From the IMG/VR virus record IMGVR_UViG_3300045996_000553, positions 1 through 62,055 of that record: DNA of 62,055 nt. One strand, 5' to 3'. Each line of letters begins with the position of its first letter. The first letter of the stretch is position 1. The DNA is from a virus (Duplodnaviria; Caudoviricetes). This document shows, piece after piece, positions 9,064 to 18,097 of this stretch. The position numbers were made by a program, and so were the translations under genes. Below the pieces are notes generated by a model, which was given only the letters and a program-made list of their open reading frames with translations, was not told where the DNA came from and searched no databases.

Positions 9064-9579
9064 TTAAATCACGAAGTTTTCAGCCAGTTCCTCGGCGCGT
9101 TCGTCAGGAGGAAGGACTTTCTTGATTTTAGCGGTCGTTCTTCCTTCCCAAGTATTGTGAATGACGTAAAGAATAACGGCCCGACCGAGAAGTTCAGATG
9201 GTTTGGCTTTCCATTGCATCCTGCCGGGGATGGTGGGATGAGGAATCTCCCTCGCCTTCAATGCGCGGAGAACATCGTCGTTGATCCATTGAACGTTTTT
9301 CACCTTGCCTTCTTTGATAAAGGTAAGGAACTGAGGAAGAGATTTGTTGCGCCATTCGCCTTCTTCCGTCACGACGAAATAGTAATTGCAATACCATTCC
9401 GTAGTTGTAGGACCTCCCGCCGATTGAATGTCCACGAGTTTTGCGGCGTAGAACCCTTCCGGCATAATCTCCGGTTGATCGAATACGAGTTCAGCGTCGG
9501 GATCGAACTGATCCCCCTGCATATACTCGTTTGATCCTGCTTCGGGAATTTCTTCATCTGCGAATTCAGTTTTTAGCAT
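9064..9579 (-). CDS. Putative ssDNA-binding protein (DUF669-like)
   Basis: PEGFYAAKLVD..LLGRAVILYV..KIKKV pattern; lies downstream of Sak4-like gene. Confidence 0.65.
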   Translation of the reverse strand: MLKTEFADEEIPEAGSNEYMQGDQFDPDAELVFDQPEIMPEGFYAAKLVDIQSAGGPTTTEWYCNYYFVVTEEGEWRNKSLPQFLTFIKEGKVKNVQWINDDVLRALKAREIPHPTIPGRMQWKAKPSELLGRAVILYVIHNTWEGRTTAKIKKVLPPDERAEELAENFVI

Positions 9580-9585
9580 TTGTTT

Positions 9586-9849
9586 TTAATCTCCTGTGTT
9601 TGATGTGTGAATTGTTTGTTGTTCCTTATTTAGTGTAGTTGATCGTCTTTCGTTTGTCAAGTCTTCGTCTTGAACTTCTTTTAAAATTCTGTGAACTTCT
9701 TCAACTTCAAGCAACGGTTCGCAAAATCCTTCGTTTTGATGTTCAAGCATTTCTCGGCATTTTTCCATGGTATGGCCTTCGTTCAAGAAGATAAACGCTT
9801 GACTTCTCAAGAAAATGTATCGCCTCCCTCCATACATTTCAATCTGCAT
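9586..9849 (-). CDS. Stand-alone PriCT-1-like protein
   Basis: GGRRY.FL..N..FCEPLLEVEEVHRILKEV resembles the primase PriCT-1 segment. Confidence 0.6.
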   Translation of the reverse strand: MQIEMYGGRRYIFLRSQAFIFLNEGHTMEKCREMLEHQNEGFCEPLLEVEEVHRILKEVQDEDLTNERRSTTLNKEQQTIHTSNTGD

Positions 9850-10645
9850 TTTCCCTTCCTAAAATCGCATCCATGATCTTCTGCATCGTCGGGTCCACCA
9901 TATCTCCGATGTTCGCAGCCGAACCCCTGGCTTTGGCATAGTAACTTTTATTCGGAATCGTGCAAAAACATCGCTTGTCCTCGTTAATGGCGACTCCTTT
10001 CTCATCTTCGCCTACCTTCACCTTGCGGAACCTCATAAATCCCGCAACGCTCGATAGTCGTTCCAATGGCTCTCTACTTCCTTCGGATACGGCAAATACT
10101 TCCCTCTGGCCTACAACCCGATCCCCTGCCGTAATGTCCTCCGTTTTGGTATGGCAGGTAACAATCACGTTGATGGGAAGAGAGAATAGGTTCTTCGTCA
10201 GCATCCTCATTTTCCGGTTCACGTTCACATATTCCGCCTGTGAAATCGTAAACTCCTTGTTGTCCCAAACATTCGTAATCCCGGCCCTCTTTCTTCCTTC
10301 CGCCAGTATTTGTTCAGCCGCAGCTTCGGAATAGGTGTCTAAGATTACGGTTTTGTATGGACATTCCCCTTTCTTTAAAGATTCCGCGAAATGCCAAAAG
10401 GCTTTGAAGAGTTGATCCCAACTTTCGCAGTCAGCATACCTTGGACGCGGTTCAGGAAGGCTGTCTATGCCGTCTACGCCACCTTCGCGAAAGAGGATAA
10501 AGGCAGGAGAGAGTTCGGGAACGTGTTCAGCCGTTGCAGCAAGCCAAGTCTTTCCGATGCCGGGAGGACCGCCGATCACTAACCGTAACGGCTTGGCTCC
10601 CGGTTGTATCTCTTTCGCTCCCAACAGTTCGTCTAAATCCGTCAC
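9839..10645 (-). CDS. Sak4-like AAA_24 ATPase/recombinase
   Basis: GPPGIGKT, YKTVILDT, VIVTCH, YYAKAR. Confidence 0.85.
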   Translation of the reverse strand: MTDLDELLGAKEIQPGAKPLRLVIGGPPGIGKTWLAATAEHVPELSPAFILFREGGVDGIDSLPEPRPRYADCESWDQLFKAFWHFAESLKKGECPYKTVILDTYSEAAAEQILAEGRKRAGITNVWDNKEFTISQAEYVNVNRKMRMLTKNLFSLPINVIVTCHTKTEDITAGDRVVGQREVFAVSEGSREPLERLSSVAGFMRFRKVKVGEDEKGVAINEDKRCFCTIPNKSYYAKARGSAANIGDMVDPTMQKIMDAILGRENAD

Positions 10646-11010
10646 TTTTCCTCCAATATGTGTTTTACAAGTTCAGCTAAACGAAGACTATCATCGCGTA
10701 TTTTATGCTCTCGTATTACTACAGTTGCGTAATACAGTAAATCTTCACGATACTTGTCCAGAACGTTTTCTTTCGGCAACTGCTCAAGAATTTGTATGGC
10801 TTTCTTCGTAGTGTCGTAAATAGCTGAAACACTAGAACTCAGTTGTGCGGAAGTTAATAAATCAATCGCAGCTTGCAGAGACGGTTCCGGTTCGTTGTAG
10901 TATGCGATGATTTTGTCTGCTGAATCTTCAAAACTTCTATCCATAAAACCCGTGCGTTGACAGTGTTTAAATAACGCTTTAGCCAGTTTCTCCCGATCAA
11001 TCTCGCTCAT
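10642..11010 (-). CDS. Hypothetical protein
   Basis: Overlapping operon gene with GGAGG RBS. Confidence 0.7.
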   Translation of the reverse strand: MSEIDREKLAKALFKHCQRTGFMDRSFEDSADKIIAYYNEPEPSLQAAIDLLTSAQLSSSVSAIYDTTKKAIQILEQLPKENVLDKYREDLLYYATVVIREHKIRDDSLRLAELVKHILEEK

Positions 11011-11485
11011 CTTTCCCTCCTATGTGTTTTTCAATGATTGCGATTGCTTGTTCAACATGAGCATTAGGCGCAATAAGTTGTTTCAGATGCGCTAAAGCAT
11101 CTTCAAGCGTTTTCTCTTCTTCCGGTTGCCAATCTTTTAGAAATGTTTCTATGGCTTCTTCTATAGAAGAGTGTCCGTTACCGCAAGCGTAATAAACGGA
11201 TTTCTCTAATTCAATAGCCCTCTCGTTTTTATTTACAACAGTCCAACCCGCTTCGACTAAAATCTTTATGGCTTCCGCAGGCGTGATTGCCACATCTTCT
11301 CCTTTATAAGTATCATATACACTTTGAAAAATTGCTCTTACATCTTCTTCTTGTAAAGATGGACTACATTCTGAGAAATTCTTACGGCGTAAACTCCATA
11401 ATGCCGTATCTCTATCAAGTTTATCGTTTTTCATTTTGTTAGCATACTCTACCAATGCGTTATATCTTTCCCCTGGTTTAATCAT
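10997..11485 (-). CDS. Protein with N-terminal PriCT-1-like domain
   Basis: GERYNALVEYA..N.SECSPSLQEEDVRAIFQSV. Confidence 0.6.
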   Translation of the reverse strand: MIKPGERYNALVEYANKMKNDKLDRDTALWSLRRKNFSECSPSLQEEDVRAIFQSVYDTYKGEDVAITPAEAIKILVEAGWTVVNKNERAIELEKSVYYACGNGHSSIEEAIETFLKDWQPEEEKTLEDALAHLKQLIAPNAHVEQAIAIIEKHIGGKDERD

Positions 11486-12492
11486 TTCTCCCTCCGATCA
11501 AAGTTCAACCCAATATACTCCGTCATATCCTCTCCCCGAAGTTCGCCTACGCAAACTTCCTTGAAGGAACAGTAACCGCATTTGAACTTATCCGGTTCGC
11601 GATAGGACAGGTCAGCGATCTTCTCCATACTCTCTAGTCTGTTCTGAAGATCGACGTAGAAGTTGTCGATTTCCTTTTCGCTTCGGTAAACCTCCTTCCG
11701 GTCAAAAAACGCTTTCTGGCTGAGTTTCGGATACATTTCCTCTTCATAAGCAGAGAGTAAGTGGCTTTCTCCCGCAGCGATGACTTGCATACGATACGTT
11801 TCCCACTCGGTAAAACACTCCGCTACCGAGACGTATCCGCCGATTTTATTCTTTGTCTTGTTTAGAGACGGGATAACGGGAAGTTTGGCGAGGATTTGAT
11901 TGTAGATGAAACCCAGGGTATCGTATCCGTATTCCCTTGCCGCCCACTGGTAAATCCCGATCTGAGCGTCAAGTTCAAGCCCTTCGTAATCCCGAAACGT
12001 TTTGCCGGGAAACTTATGATCGACAAGCCATAAACGACCGAGACTATCCTTTATAATCAAATCCCATACGCCTACCAGAACGTAATCCGTATTCGGAACA
12101 GGAATCTCGAAACGCTTCTCCACTTCCAAAACTTCCCACGTCCGATCCACGTCCTTCCATTTGAACATATACCGAGTGAATACTTCCCGAACCCTTTCCG
12201 TAATCTCGGATAAGTCGATCTGAGTAAAAACCAAGTATTCTTCATCGTTTTCATCTTCGATAGGCTCTACCGGATTCGTAATGGTTAGGTTAATGGCTTT
12301 GTCTCGCCAAGCATCCAGAGCAGCGTTCCAATCTTCTCCCTTATAGTAGGCTTCAAGGCAAGCGTGACCTGCTGAACCAAAAGAGAGGGCTTCGTTCAAG
12401 GACTTGGTTCGCAGTCCTCGCGTATAACCGTATTCAAACATTTTTTTACATTTGCTGAACGTGTCTAGTGCGCTATAAGAGATTGTTTTCAT
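11482..12492 (-). CDS. PD-(D/E)XK exonuclease (RecB/Cas4-like)
   Basis: SYSALDTFSKC, GSAGH, VEKRF, GVWDLI..VDHK, Q..IY, C-terminal CGYC..C. Confidence 0.88.
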   Translation of the reverse strand: MKTISYSALDTFSKCKKMFEYGYTRGLRTKSLNEALSFGSAGHACLEAYYKGEDWNAALDAWRDKAINLTITNPVEPIEDENDEEYLVFTQIDLSEITERVREVFTRYMFKWKDVDRTWEVLEVEKRFEIPVPNTDYVLVGVWDLIIKDSLGRLWLVDHKFPGKTFRDYEGLELDAQIGIYQWAAREYGYDTLGFIYNQILAKLPVIPSLNKTKNKIGGYVSVAECFTEWETYRMQVIAAGESHLLSAYEEEMYPKLSQKAFFDRKEVYRSEKEIDNFYVDLQNRLESMEKIADLSYREPDKFKCGYCSFKEVCVGELRGEDMTEYIGLNFDRREK

Positions 12493-12734
12493 TCTTTCAA
12501 CTCCAAAACTTGAAGTGTTTCAATCAGTTCCTCATCTTTCTTTAAAATATGCCAGTCGTTAGGATTTTTTAACGAAGTATATGTTTTATACTCGCCCGTT
12601 GTTCTTATTCGTTCGACTGTTATTACTCTGATAGTGTTTATTTCCTCATAGTTAGCCCATTCGTTATCCCAAAATACAACCTCCATATCGTCATCGTATG
12701 GCTCTAACGCTTTAATCAGTTCAGCTTTCGTCAT
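12489..12734 (-). CDS. Hypothetical protein (MTxxELIxxL family)
   Basis: MTKAELIKALEPYDDDMEV; AGGAG RBS. Confidence 0.7.
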   Translation of the reverse strand: MTKAELIKALEPYDDDMEVVFWDNEWANYEEINTIRVITVERIRTTGEYKTYTSLKNPNDWHILKKDEELIETLQVLELKE

Positions 12735-12960
12735 TCTGTAATCTCCTTCTCTCCGTTCGCAACCAGTCATCGTAAGCCATAGGGTTAGCTAGATAAAGAA
12801 CGTTTCTTTTGACGTAATACTGAGAGTTATCTTGATAAATCCCTTCAATAGCATCCTCTCCCATGCTTTCCTCGTGATTCATTTCCCAAATTATTCTTAC
12901 TTCCAAATCTTTATCGTGTTGCGATAGAATTTCTATGACTTCTTCAACCGTCATAATCAT
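12721..12960 (-). CDS. Hypothetical protein (MTxxELIxxL family)
   Basis: MTVEEVIEILSQHDKDLEV; GGAGG RBS. Confidence 0.75.
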   Translation of the reverse strand: MIMTVEEVIEILSQHDKDLEVRIIWEMNHEESMGEDAIEGIYQDNSQYYVKRNVLYLANPMAYDDWLRTERRRLQNDES

Positions 12961-12974
12961 TTACCTCCTCTGAT

Positions 12975-13003
12975 AGTCTAGCAGTTCGTCTTTACCTTGT
13001 CAA
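12975..13003 (-). promoter_or_regulatory. sigma70-type promoter
   Basis: TTGACA-17 nt-TAGACT with extended TG. Confidence 0.7.
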
Positions 13004-13007
13004 GTTT

Positions 13008-13205
13008 TCATCTTCGTAATATCTGCAATCCCCAAAAATAACAGATTGGCAAAGACAAGGGCCAGGTCGCTCCCATAATTGCGGCGGTTATTCCTGTCCA
13101 GAACTCTTCCCAAAAATCCTTATCGTCTTCCCGGCAAGCTGACACTACCCAAAGACAAACATAAATCGAAATGATTAAGTAGATTGCCGTTGCGAAATAG
13201 ATCAT
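13008..13205 (-). CDS. Small membrane protein
   Basis: Two hydrophobic helices, WP motif; paralog of the next gene. Confidence 0.7.
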   Translation of the reverse strand: MIYFATAIYLIISIYVCLWVVSACREDDKDFWEEFWTGITAAIMGATWPLSLPICYFWGLQILRR

Positions 13206-13402
13206 CGTTTTCTTCCCGCCATATCCGCTAGTGCAATCAAAATGGCAATAGGCCAAAACAAAGCCGCTAAGAATATCCCCGTATAAACCGCTTCGACGCT
13301 AAAAACAGTATGCGGGAACTTTCCGTCCTTTTCATTTTTCATTCCCCTAACCATCATCGCTATAGCGATTGTCAAATACAACAATATAAAGACGTATATC
13401 AT
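13202..13402 (-). CDS. Small membrane protein
   Basis: MIYVFILLYL..LFWPIAI; GGAGG RBS. Confidence 0.75.
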   Translation of the reverse strand: MIYVFILLYLTIAIAMMVRGMKNEKDGKFPHTVFSVEAVYTGIFLAALFWPIAILIALADMAGRKR

Positions 13403-13435
13403 CGTCGTTCCTCCTTCACGCGCTTGTCAGCCATT

Positions 13436-13639
13436 TTAAAATCCACTATATTCATCGTTAGACTGATAACGAAGCAAAACGTAATCTAAATCTTCGTCGC
13501 ACAGTTCGATAAAGAGAGGTTTCCTCTCTCGGCTTTGCCAACTTCCACTAGGCGCAAAATATCTCGCCATGTATGTCAGTTCCAATCGCGTTTCATCAGA
13601 TAAGTTTTCCGTTGCTTTTCTGAATTCTCCTAACGTCAT
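13436..13639 (-). CDS. Hypothetical protein
   Basis: AGGAG RBS; flanked by a 17-bp direct repeat. Confidence 0.7.
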   Translation of the reverse strand: MTLGEFRKATENLSDETRLELTYMARYFAPSGSWQSRERKPLFIELCDEDLDYVLLRYQSNDEYSGF

Positions 13640-13641
13640 AT

Positions 13642-15066
13642 CTATCTCCTTTCTTCTCTAACTCGCTTGTCAGCCATTTTGATAATCTCCTCCGTCAGTT
13701 CCCGTTTGTTGTTCAGAAGCGGTTCTATACGCAGCGTTTCTATACTATTCTCCACAAGCAGTTCATAAATGGTTACGGCTTTCTTTTGCCCCGGCCTGTG
13801 TATCCGGTTCGCAGCCTGTTCGTTCGCAGCGTCACTCCACACTTTATCTAGGAAAACACAGATACTCGCTTCCGTAAGGTTTAAGCCTACGCCTCCGCTT
13901 TGCGTCGTCAGCCATACCACCTGAACGTCATTCTCCTTCCTGAAAGCGGATAGGGCTTCGTCTCGCAGTCGCGTATTCTCTTTCCCTGTGTGTCTCACAG
14001 CCTTAATGCCGTTCTCCTCACACATCGCCATTCCGAGCGTTACAGCCCGTTCAAACTGCGTGAATACGACGATCTTTTGATCTGTGGATTGGATGAGTTC
14101 AAGCAGGACTTCAAACTTCGAGGTTTTCCAACCATGGCCGAACTTTTCACCATTCAGAAGCGGCATAACGGCAAGGTCAGGACTGATGCAAAACTGCTTG
14201 AGTCTCGTTATCTGGCTGATAATAACCGGAGCCGCTACCTCCCGGTTCTCTTTCAATTGCGCTATCCACTCGGCAAGCATTTCATCGTAAACCTTCTGCT
14301 CATCCGGTTTCAGCTTCACATAGATTTTTTGGTAAGTTTTTTCCGGCAGGTCAGGAAGGACTTCCTCTTTCAGTTTACGGCGAAAGATCGGAGCTATTTC
14401 CTGTTTCAAAGCGTCAGGGTTTTTCGAGCGTATTCCCACCGTTACCCCGCCGAAAGCGTTCTTCTCCTTTCCGCAGCCATAGACAGGATGATCGACAAAA
14501 CGCCAGTAACTCGAATATCTCTGACGATCTATCATATGAAGCAGCGTCCATAAATCGGGAACCTTGTTGTAAATAGGAGTTCCCGTTAGCAAAAACAGAG
14601 TAGGTATGTGTTGCGCTAGATGGTTGATGCCAAGATAGGAGAGCGTTTTCCGGTTCCGAAGCACATGGGCTTCATCCACGCTCAAACTCTCGAAACCCAT
14701 CTTCGCTATGGCTGACAGTTCAAAAGGAATCGTTCGATCCTTTTTGATCTTCAACTGTTCATAGTTGCAACAAAGGACCCCTTGCCTCCCCATGTATTCT
14801 GAAAGAATTTGTTCCCGTTTTTTCGCCGTTCCTTCAAGGATCGTGAACGGGGCTTCGGGATACCATAAAGAAAACTCAGCCTGCCAGTTCCTTTTTAGAC
14901 TGGCGGGACAGACGACAAGCATTTTGGAGTGTTTCAGGGCTTTGAGCGTCATAATCACGGAATTGGTTTTGCCCAATCCCATATCATCGCCTAAAATGCA
15001 TCGCTTCTGCTGAACCATCCAGTTACGGTTTTCTACCTGGTGCGGGAAAGGTTTCAGTTCAGTCAT
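13642..15066 (-). CDS. SNF2-family helicase
   Basis: DDMGLGKT, VVCPASL, DEAH, LTGTPI.N, GGVGLNL, EQAANRIHRPGQ. Confidence 0.93.
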   Translation of the reverse strand: MTELKPFPHQVENRNWMVQQKRCILGDDMGLGKTNSVIMTLKALKHSKMLVVCPASLKRNWQAEFSLWYPEAPFTILEGTAKKREQILSEYMGRQGVLCCNYEQLKIKKDRTIPFELSAIAKMGFESLSVDEAHVLRNRKTLSYLGINHLAQHIPTLFLLTGTPIYNKVPDLWTLLHMIDRQRYSSYWRFVDHPVYGCGKEKNAFGGVTVGIRSKNPDALKQEIAPIFRRKLKEEVLPDLPEKTYQKIYVKLKPDEQKVYDEMLAEWIAQLKENREVAAPVIISQITRLKQFCISPDLAVMPLLNGEKFGHGWKTSKFEVLLELIQSTDQKIVVFTQFERAVTLGMAMCEENGIKAVRHTGKENTRLRDEALSAFRKENDVQVVWLTTQSGGVGLNLTEASICVFLDKVWSDAANEQAANRIHRPGQKKAVTIYELLVENSIETLRIEPLLNNKRELTEEIIKMADKRVREERR

Positions 15067-15491
15067 TTTTGTTCCATACCGCAAGCACGACAAGTCCCGT
15101 CCGTTACCGTGTCACAGTTCCAACAAAGATTCGGTTCCTTCGGTTCTCTGATTTCCGTAACTTTTACTTTTATCCAATGGTTTTCTTTCTTTATAGTTTC
15201 GGAAAATGCTAATAACGTAACGGGAGAAAACCAACCTTCCCATTCAAACAAAGGAGGTTCTTCCGTTTCTTCTTCGATTAGCGGGAGAAGTTCGGCAAAA
15301 TCACAAACGATTTCACCTATACCATTTATTTGAACATCAGCCATACTGCCTTCACATACTTCTTTTATTACTCCCATTTCTCCGATATGTTCTCCTATCG
15401 CATATTCATACGAAGCAATATATTTTTGCAATCCTGGTATGCCTAAATCAGCAACCACGCGCACTCTATCTCCTACCTTGAAGTTATGCAT
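15063..15491 (-). CDS. Hypothetical protein (KOW/SH3-like N-terminus, C-terminal Zn ribbon)
   Basis: FKVGDRVRV; CWNC..CRAC. Confidence 0.7.
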   Translation of the reverse strand: MHNFKVGDRVRVVADLGIPGLQKYIASYEYAIGEHIGEMGVIKEVCEGSMADVQINGIGEIVCDFAELLPLIEEETEEPPLFEWEGWFSPVTLLAFSETIKKENHWIKVKVTEIREPKEPNLCWNCDTVTDGTCRACGMEQK

Positions 15492-15493
15492 AA

Positions 15494-15766
15494 TCAGTTT
15501 CTCCCTGGACGGTAATCCATCGCTTCAGCCATTGCTCTATCGGTATCTACGTTCTTCGCATCCGCTTCCAGTTCCACAACGTTTTCTAAAATATCGCTCA
15601 ACGCTTCGGCGCATTTTGAACACGCATGACCGTCGTTTTTCCTATAGGTGTGCCCACCGATCTTTACGCCTGGAATCGTAATATGAACCGTATCCCGTTC
15701 CGTAAGGTAGGGCAACGTGTCGGATTTTTGGCAAAAGTCGCACTGGAAAACTTTTATTTCAGCCAT
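15494..15766 (-). CDS. Zn-binding hypothetical protein
   Basis: CDFC...CSKC. Confidence 0.7.
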   Translation of the reverse strand: MAEIKVFQCDFCQKSDTLPYLTERDTVHITIPGVKIGGHTYRKNDGHACSKCAEALSDILENVVELEADAKNVDTDRAMAEAMDYRPGRN

Positions 15767-15778
15767 AACAAGTATCTC

Positions 15779-16225
15779 CTATCGTAAAATAGTTTCGTTT
15801 AAAACTTTTTCAAGCGAATTCAAGTTTCCAGGCGTTTGATCTTTCACGTATTTTAACGCTGCCATGTAAACGTTCTCCAAACAGCGCGTTCGATCTTTCA
15901 CACGTTCAAGCAACGCGCACGTATGATCTTCTTCGATGTATTTCACCATATCCGAAGAACGCCTTGCTCTCATTTCCTGTTTGATAACGATCATATTTTT
16001 ATCTATGGCGGTTTTGGCAAAAACGGCTTTACTTCTCCATTTCTGAAAGTCGATATTGCTTATTCGCATCCCAAAATTATCTGTTTTGTTCCGGTTGGCT
16101 AGTTGTTGTTCAATGTGCATTTTTTCCGTTTTCAATCTATCGAATTCTTCTTCCAGTTCCTCCATTTCCCATGTAGAAACGTTTGTCGTATCTTTTAACG
16201 GTTTATCCTCATAAATTTCAGCCAT
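15779..16225 (-). CDS. Hypothetical protein
   Basis: Operon ORF with RBS. Confidence 0.75.
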   Translation of the reverse strand: MAEIYEDKPLKDTTNVSTWEMEELEEEFDRLKTEKMHIEQQLANRNKTDNFGMRISNIDFQKWRSKAVFAKTAIDKNMIVIKQEMRARRSSDMVKYIEEDHTCALLERVKDRTRCLENVYMAALKYVKDQTPGNLNSLEKVLNETILR

Positions 16226-16226
16226 G

Positions 16227-16451
16227 TTAGATCAATCCTTTCGGCTCATAGGGTTTCACTTGAGTGAAACATCCTTGTTTTATGGCTTGTTCGATATGGT
16301 GCAGAACCAATCCGAGTTCCAATACGCCTTGTTCCAACACGCTTGCTTTTATTTCCCCGATGATTTCTCCAATTAAATCAAGACTCAAACTTTCGGCAAT
16401 CTCTTTTGAAGAGTTATCCAAGCAGTTATGTTCAGCCATTATCAACCACAA
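16227..16451 (-). CDS. Hypothetical protein
   Basis: Operon ORF; start may be ATG at 16439. Confidence 0.6.
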   Translation of the reverse strand: MWLIMAEHNCLDNSSKEIAESLSLDLIGEIIGEIKASVLEQGVLELGLVLHHIEQAIKQGCFTQVKPYEPKGLI

Positions 16452-16545
16452 CCTTTCTCACTCAAAAATGTGAACAACTGGTAACAAAAGAACGTCCATG
16501 CCGCCGCTACGAACAACCAGGACAGTTTATCTCCTAACGTTGAAT

Positions 16546-16770
16546 TCATCTGCTCATACCTCCAATAAAAGCCAACAAGTGAAAGATCAACCAGACAGGG
16601 AGAATAATGATAAGGAAACCTGTCAGAAACCCTCCTGTGAACGTTTTAGGCGGATTGCGAGTAGGAAGAGGTTCTTCCCGTTGCCTTCGCTGTCCCGCTG
16701 TCCTGGCGCGTTTGGGCCGCGCTTCTCTTTCCCAATCCTCTTCGGGCAGTTTCTCGCCTGCTTCCAACAT
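16546..16770 (-). CDS. Small membrane-anchored protein
   Basis: GAGGAG RBS, C-terminal TM helix. Confidence 0.7.
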   Translation of the reverse strand: MLEAGEKLPEEDWEREARPKRARTAGQRRQREEPLPTRNPPKTFTGGFLTGFLIIILPVWLIFHLLAFIGGMSR

Positions 16771-16848
16771 AAAATCTCCTCTCGTAAATAGGACGGGAAA
16801 ATGATTTTAAATGAGTTTATCAGCTTAAGTCAGTTTCTAAGTGTCTTT

Positions 16849-16878
16849 ATTCTATCTGGTTTCCGTCTTGTTTGTCAA
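16849..16878 (-). promoter_or_regulatory. sigma70-type promoter
   Basis: TTGACA-18 nt-TAGAAT. Confidence 0.65.
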
Positions 16879-17088
16879 CTAAGACTTACTTCCTCCTCTC
16901 GCTGACGTGGAATCGAACAACAATTTGCAAATGAACGCCAATCGAAACATTTCCCAAAAAGACAGTTTCGGAAGTCCGAAAATCGGCATAGTAGTATTCC
17001 AAAGATACTGACAAAACCACGTTCCGACAAAGAAAAACGCTGCTGCCATTCCGATTATGGAAAGACAAGAAATTGCTTTTTCACTCAT
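16879..17088 (-). CDS. Small membrane protein
   Basis: LWN..MP.IFGLP.LSFW motif seen in phage membrane proteins. Confidence 0.75.
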   Translation of the reverse strand: MSEKAISCLSIIGMAAAFFFVGTWFCQYLWNTTMPIFGLPKLSFWEMFRLAFICKLLFDSTSARGGSKS

Positions 17089-17288
17089 ACCTCTTCCCCT
17101 TTCTTAATCCGAACAGGTTTTCCGTTCGGTTGGATGAAATAGCAATCGACGGAAAATCCTTGGTTTTCAAAGAAGTTGTTCAGTTCCTCCTCCCACGTTT
17201 CAGGATCGGTTCTGATCGGAATATCCGCTTGATGCCAGTCTTTGTAATCCGTTGTAATCAGGTCGCCTGTTCTTGGTTTACGTTTCAT
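17085..17288 (-). CDS. Hypothetical protein
   Basis: ATGA-coupled ORF. Confidence 0.7.
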   Translation of the reverse strand: MKRKPRTGDLITTDYKDWHQADIPIRTDPETWEEELNNFFENQGFSVDCYFIQPNGKPVRIKKGEEV

Positions 17289-17581
17289 ATTCTTACCCCT
17301 TCCCGATAGCCATGCTCAACCATTTCCAAATCTTCGCCATAAGCGGATTCAATCCGTATGCCGCAATTCCCGCATTCTAAGGAATCATCTTCATAGTTGA
17401 CCTCAACGTGTGTAGGGGTGTTCTCCGGCCCGTATTCTCCTCTGACTTCCCTAGAGGCGCAATCAGGGCAAGAGACTTCGCCTGTGTTTTCGTTGAAGTA
17501 GTAAAGCGGATAACCACCGGGCCAAGCCCAGGCCATAAGCGTAGATTCGGATACGAAACTGTCTGACGTGATTTCAGGCAT
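17285..17581 (-). CDS. Conserved phage hypothetical protein, Zn-binding
   Basis: AWPGGYPLYY, CPDC, CGNCG..IESAYG. Confidence 0.8.
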   Translation of the reverse strand: MPEITSDSFVSESTLMAWAWPGGYPLYYFNENTGEVSCPDCASREVRGEYGPENTPTHVEVNYEDDSLECGNCGIRIESAYGEDLEMVEHGYREGVRI

Positions 17582-17599
17582 TTTGAAGTTTCCTTTCTT

Positions 17600-17737
17600 C
17601 TACAATTTGTTCAACAAATTTTTTATATGCATTGCAACATGATAATTCGCTTCTCTAACCACATATTTTTTATTTAAAAGATCATATACGTGATAGTAAT
17701 TGCAATAATCACTTTCCTCTACAATAAATCTTTTCAT
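17600..17737 (-). CDS. AT-rich 45-aa hypothetical protein
   Basis: AGGAGG RBS; MKRFIVEESDYCNYYHVYD.. Confidence 0.6.
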   Translation of the reverse strand: MKRFIVEESDYCNYYHVYDLLNKKYVVREANYHVAMHIKNLLNKL

Positions 17738-17786
17738 TTCTTTACCTCCTAAAATGACCTGTGACAATCCTTATTCGATGTTGCAT

Positions 17787-17850
17787 AAGATACCCTGCTG
17801 ATGAGGCTTGCCCCTCTCTCCGTTGAACCTGGAAGGAGTGCGGGTATCTT
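17787..17850 (-). ncRNA. Putative three-way-junction RNA element
   Basis: 9-bp closing stem AAGAUACCC/GGGUAUCUU enclosing two short hairpins; strand uncertain. Confidence 0.45.
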
Positions 17851-17861
17851 GTGGTTTCGGT

Positions 17862-18095
17862 TTACTTGGAGAAGTTTTTAATCAGGTTTTTATATTCCGC
17901 AGGGCTTGTGTCAAAGGTAGCGGGGAAAATGTTTTTGAATTCAGGATAGACAGAAGTTAAAGCGGCAATTCCGCTATACTCCTCATCTATCGCTTGCACA
18001 ATATCGCCTGTCTTGGAATTCATAACGACATAAACTCTTCGGGGATTGCCGTTTCGATCATTCCCCGCGTTTAATCTGATAGCTGTGTGAGTCAT
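17862..18095 (-). CDS. Conserved phage hypothetical protein
   Basis: NDRNGNPRRVYVV motif. Confidence 0.75.
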   Translation of the reverse strand: MTHTAIRLNAGNDRNGNPRRVYVVMNSKTGDIVQAIDEEYSGIAALTSVYPEFKNIFPATFDTSPAEYKNLIKNFSK

Positions 18096-18097
18096 TT

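Noticed and set aside
11482-12492. Cas4 as part of a CRISPR system
   Set aside because: No repeat-spacer array or other cas genes seen; it sits in a Sak4/SSB recombination module
17798-17850. CTGATGA on the plus strand as a second hammerhead
   Set aside because: No GAAA after the putative stem II, and it is antisense to the operon
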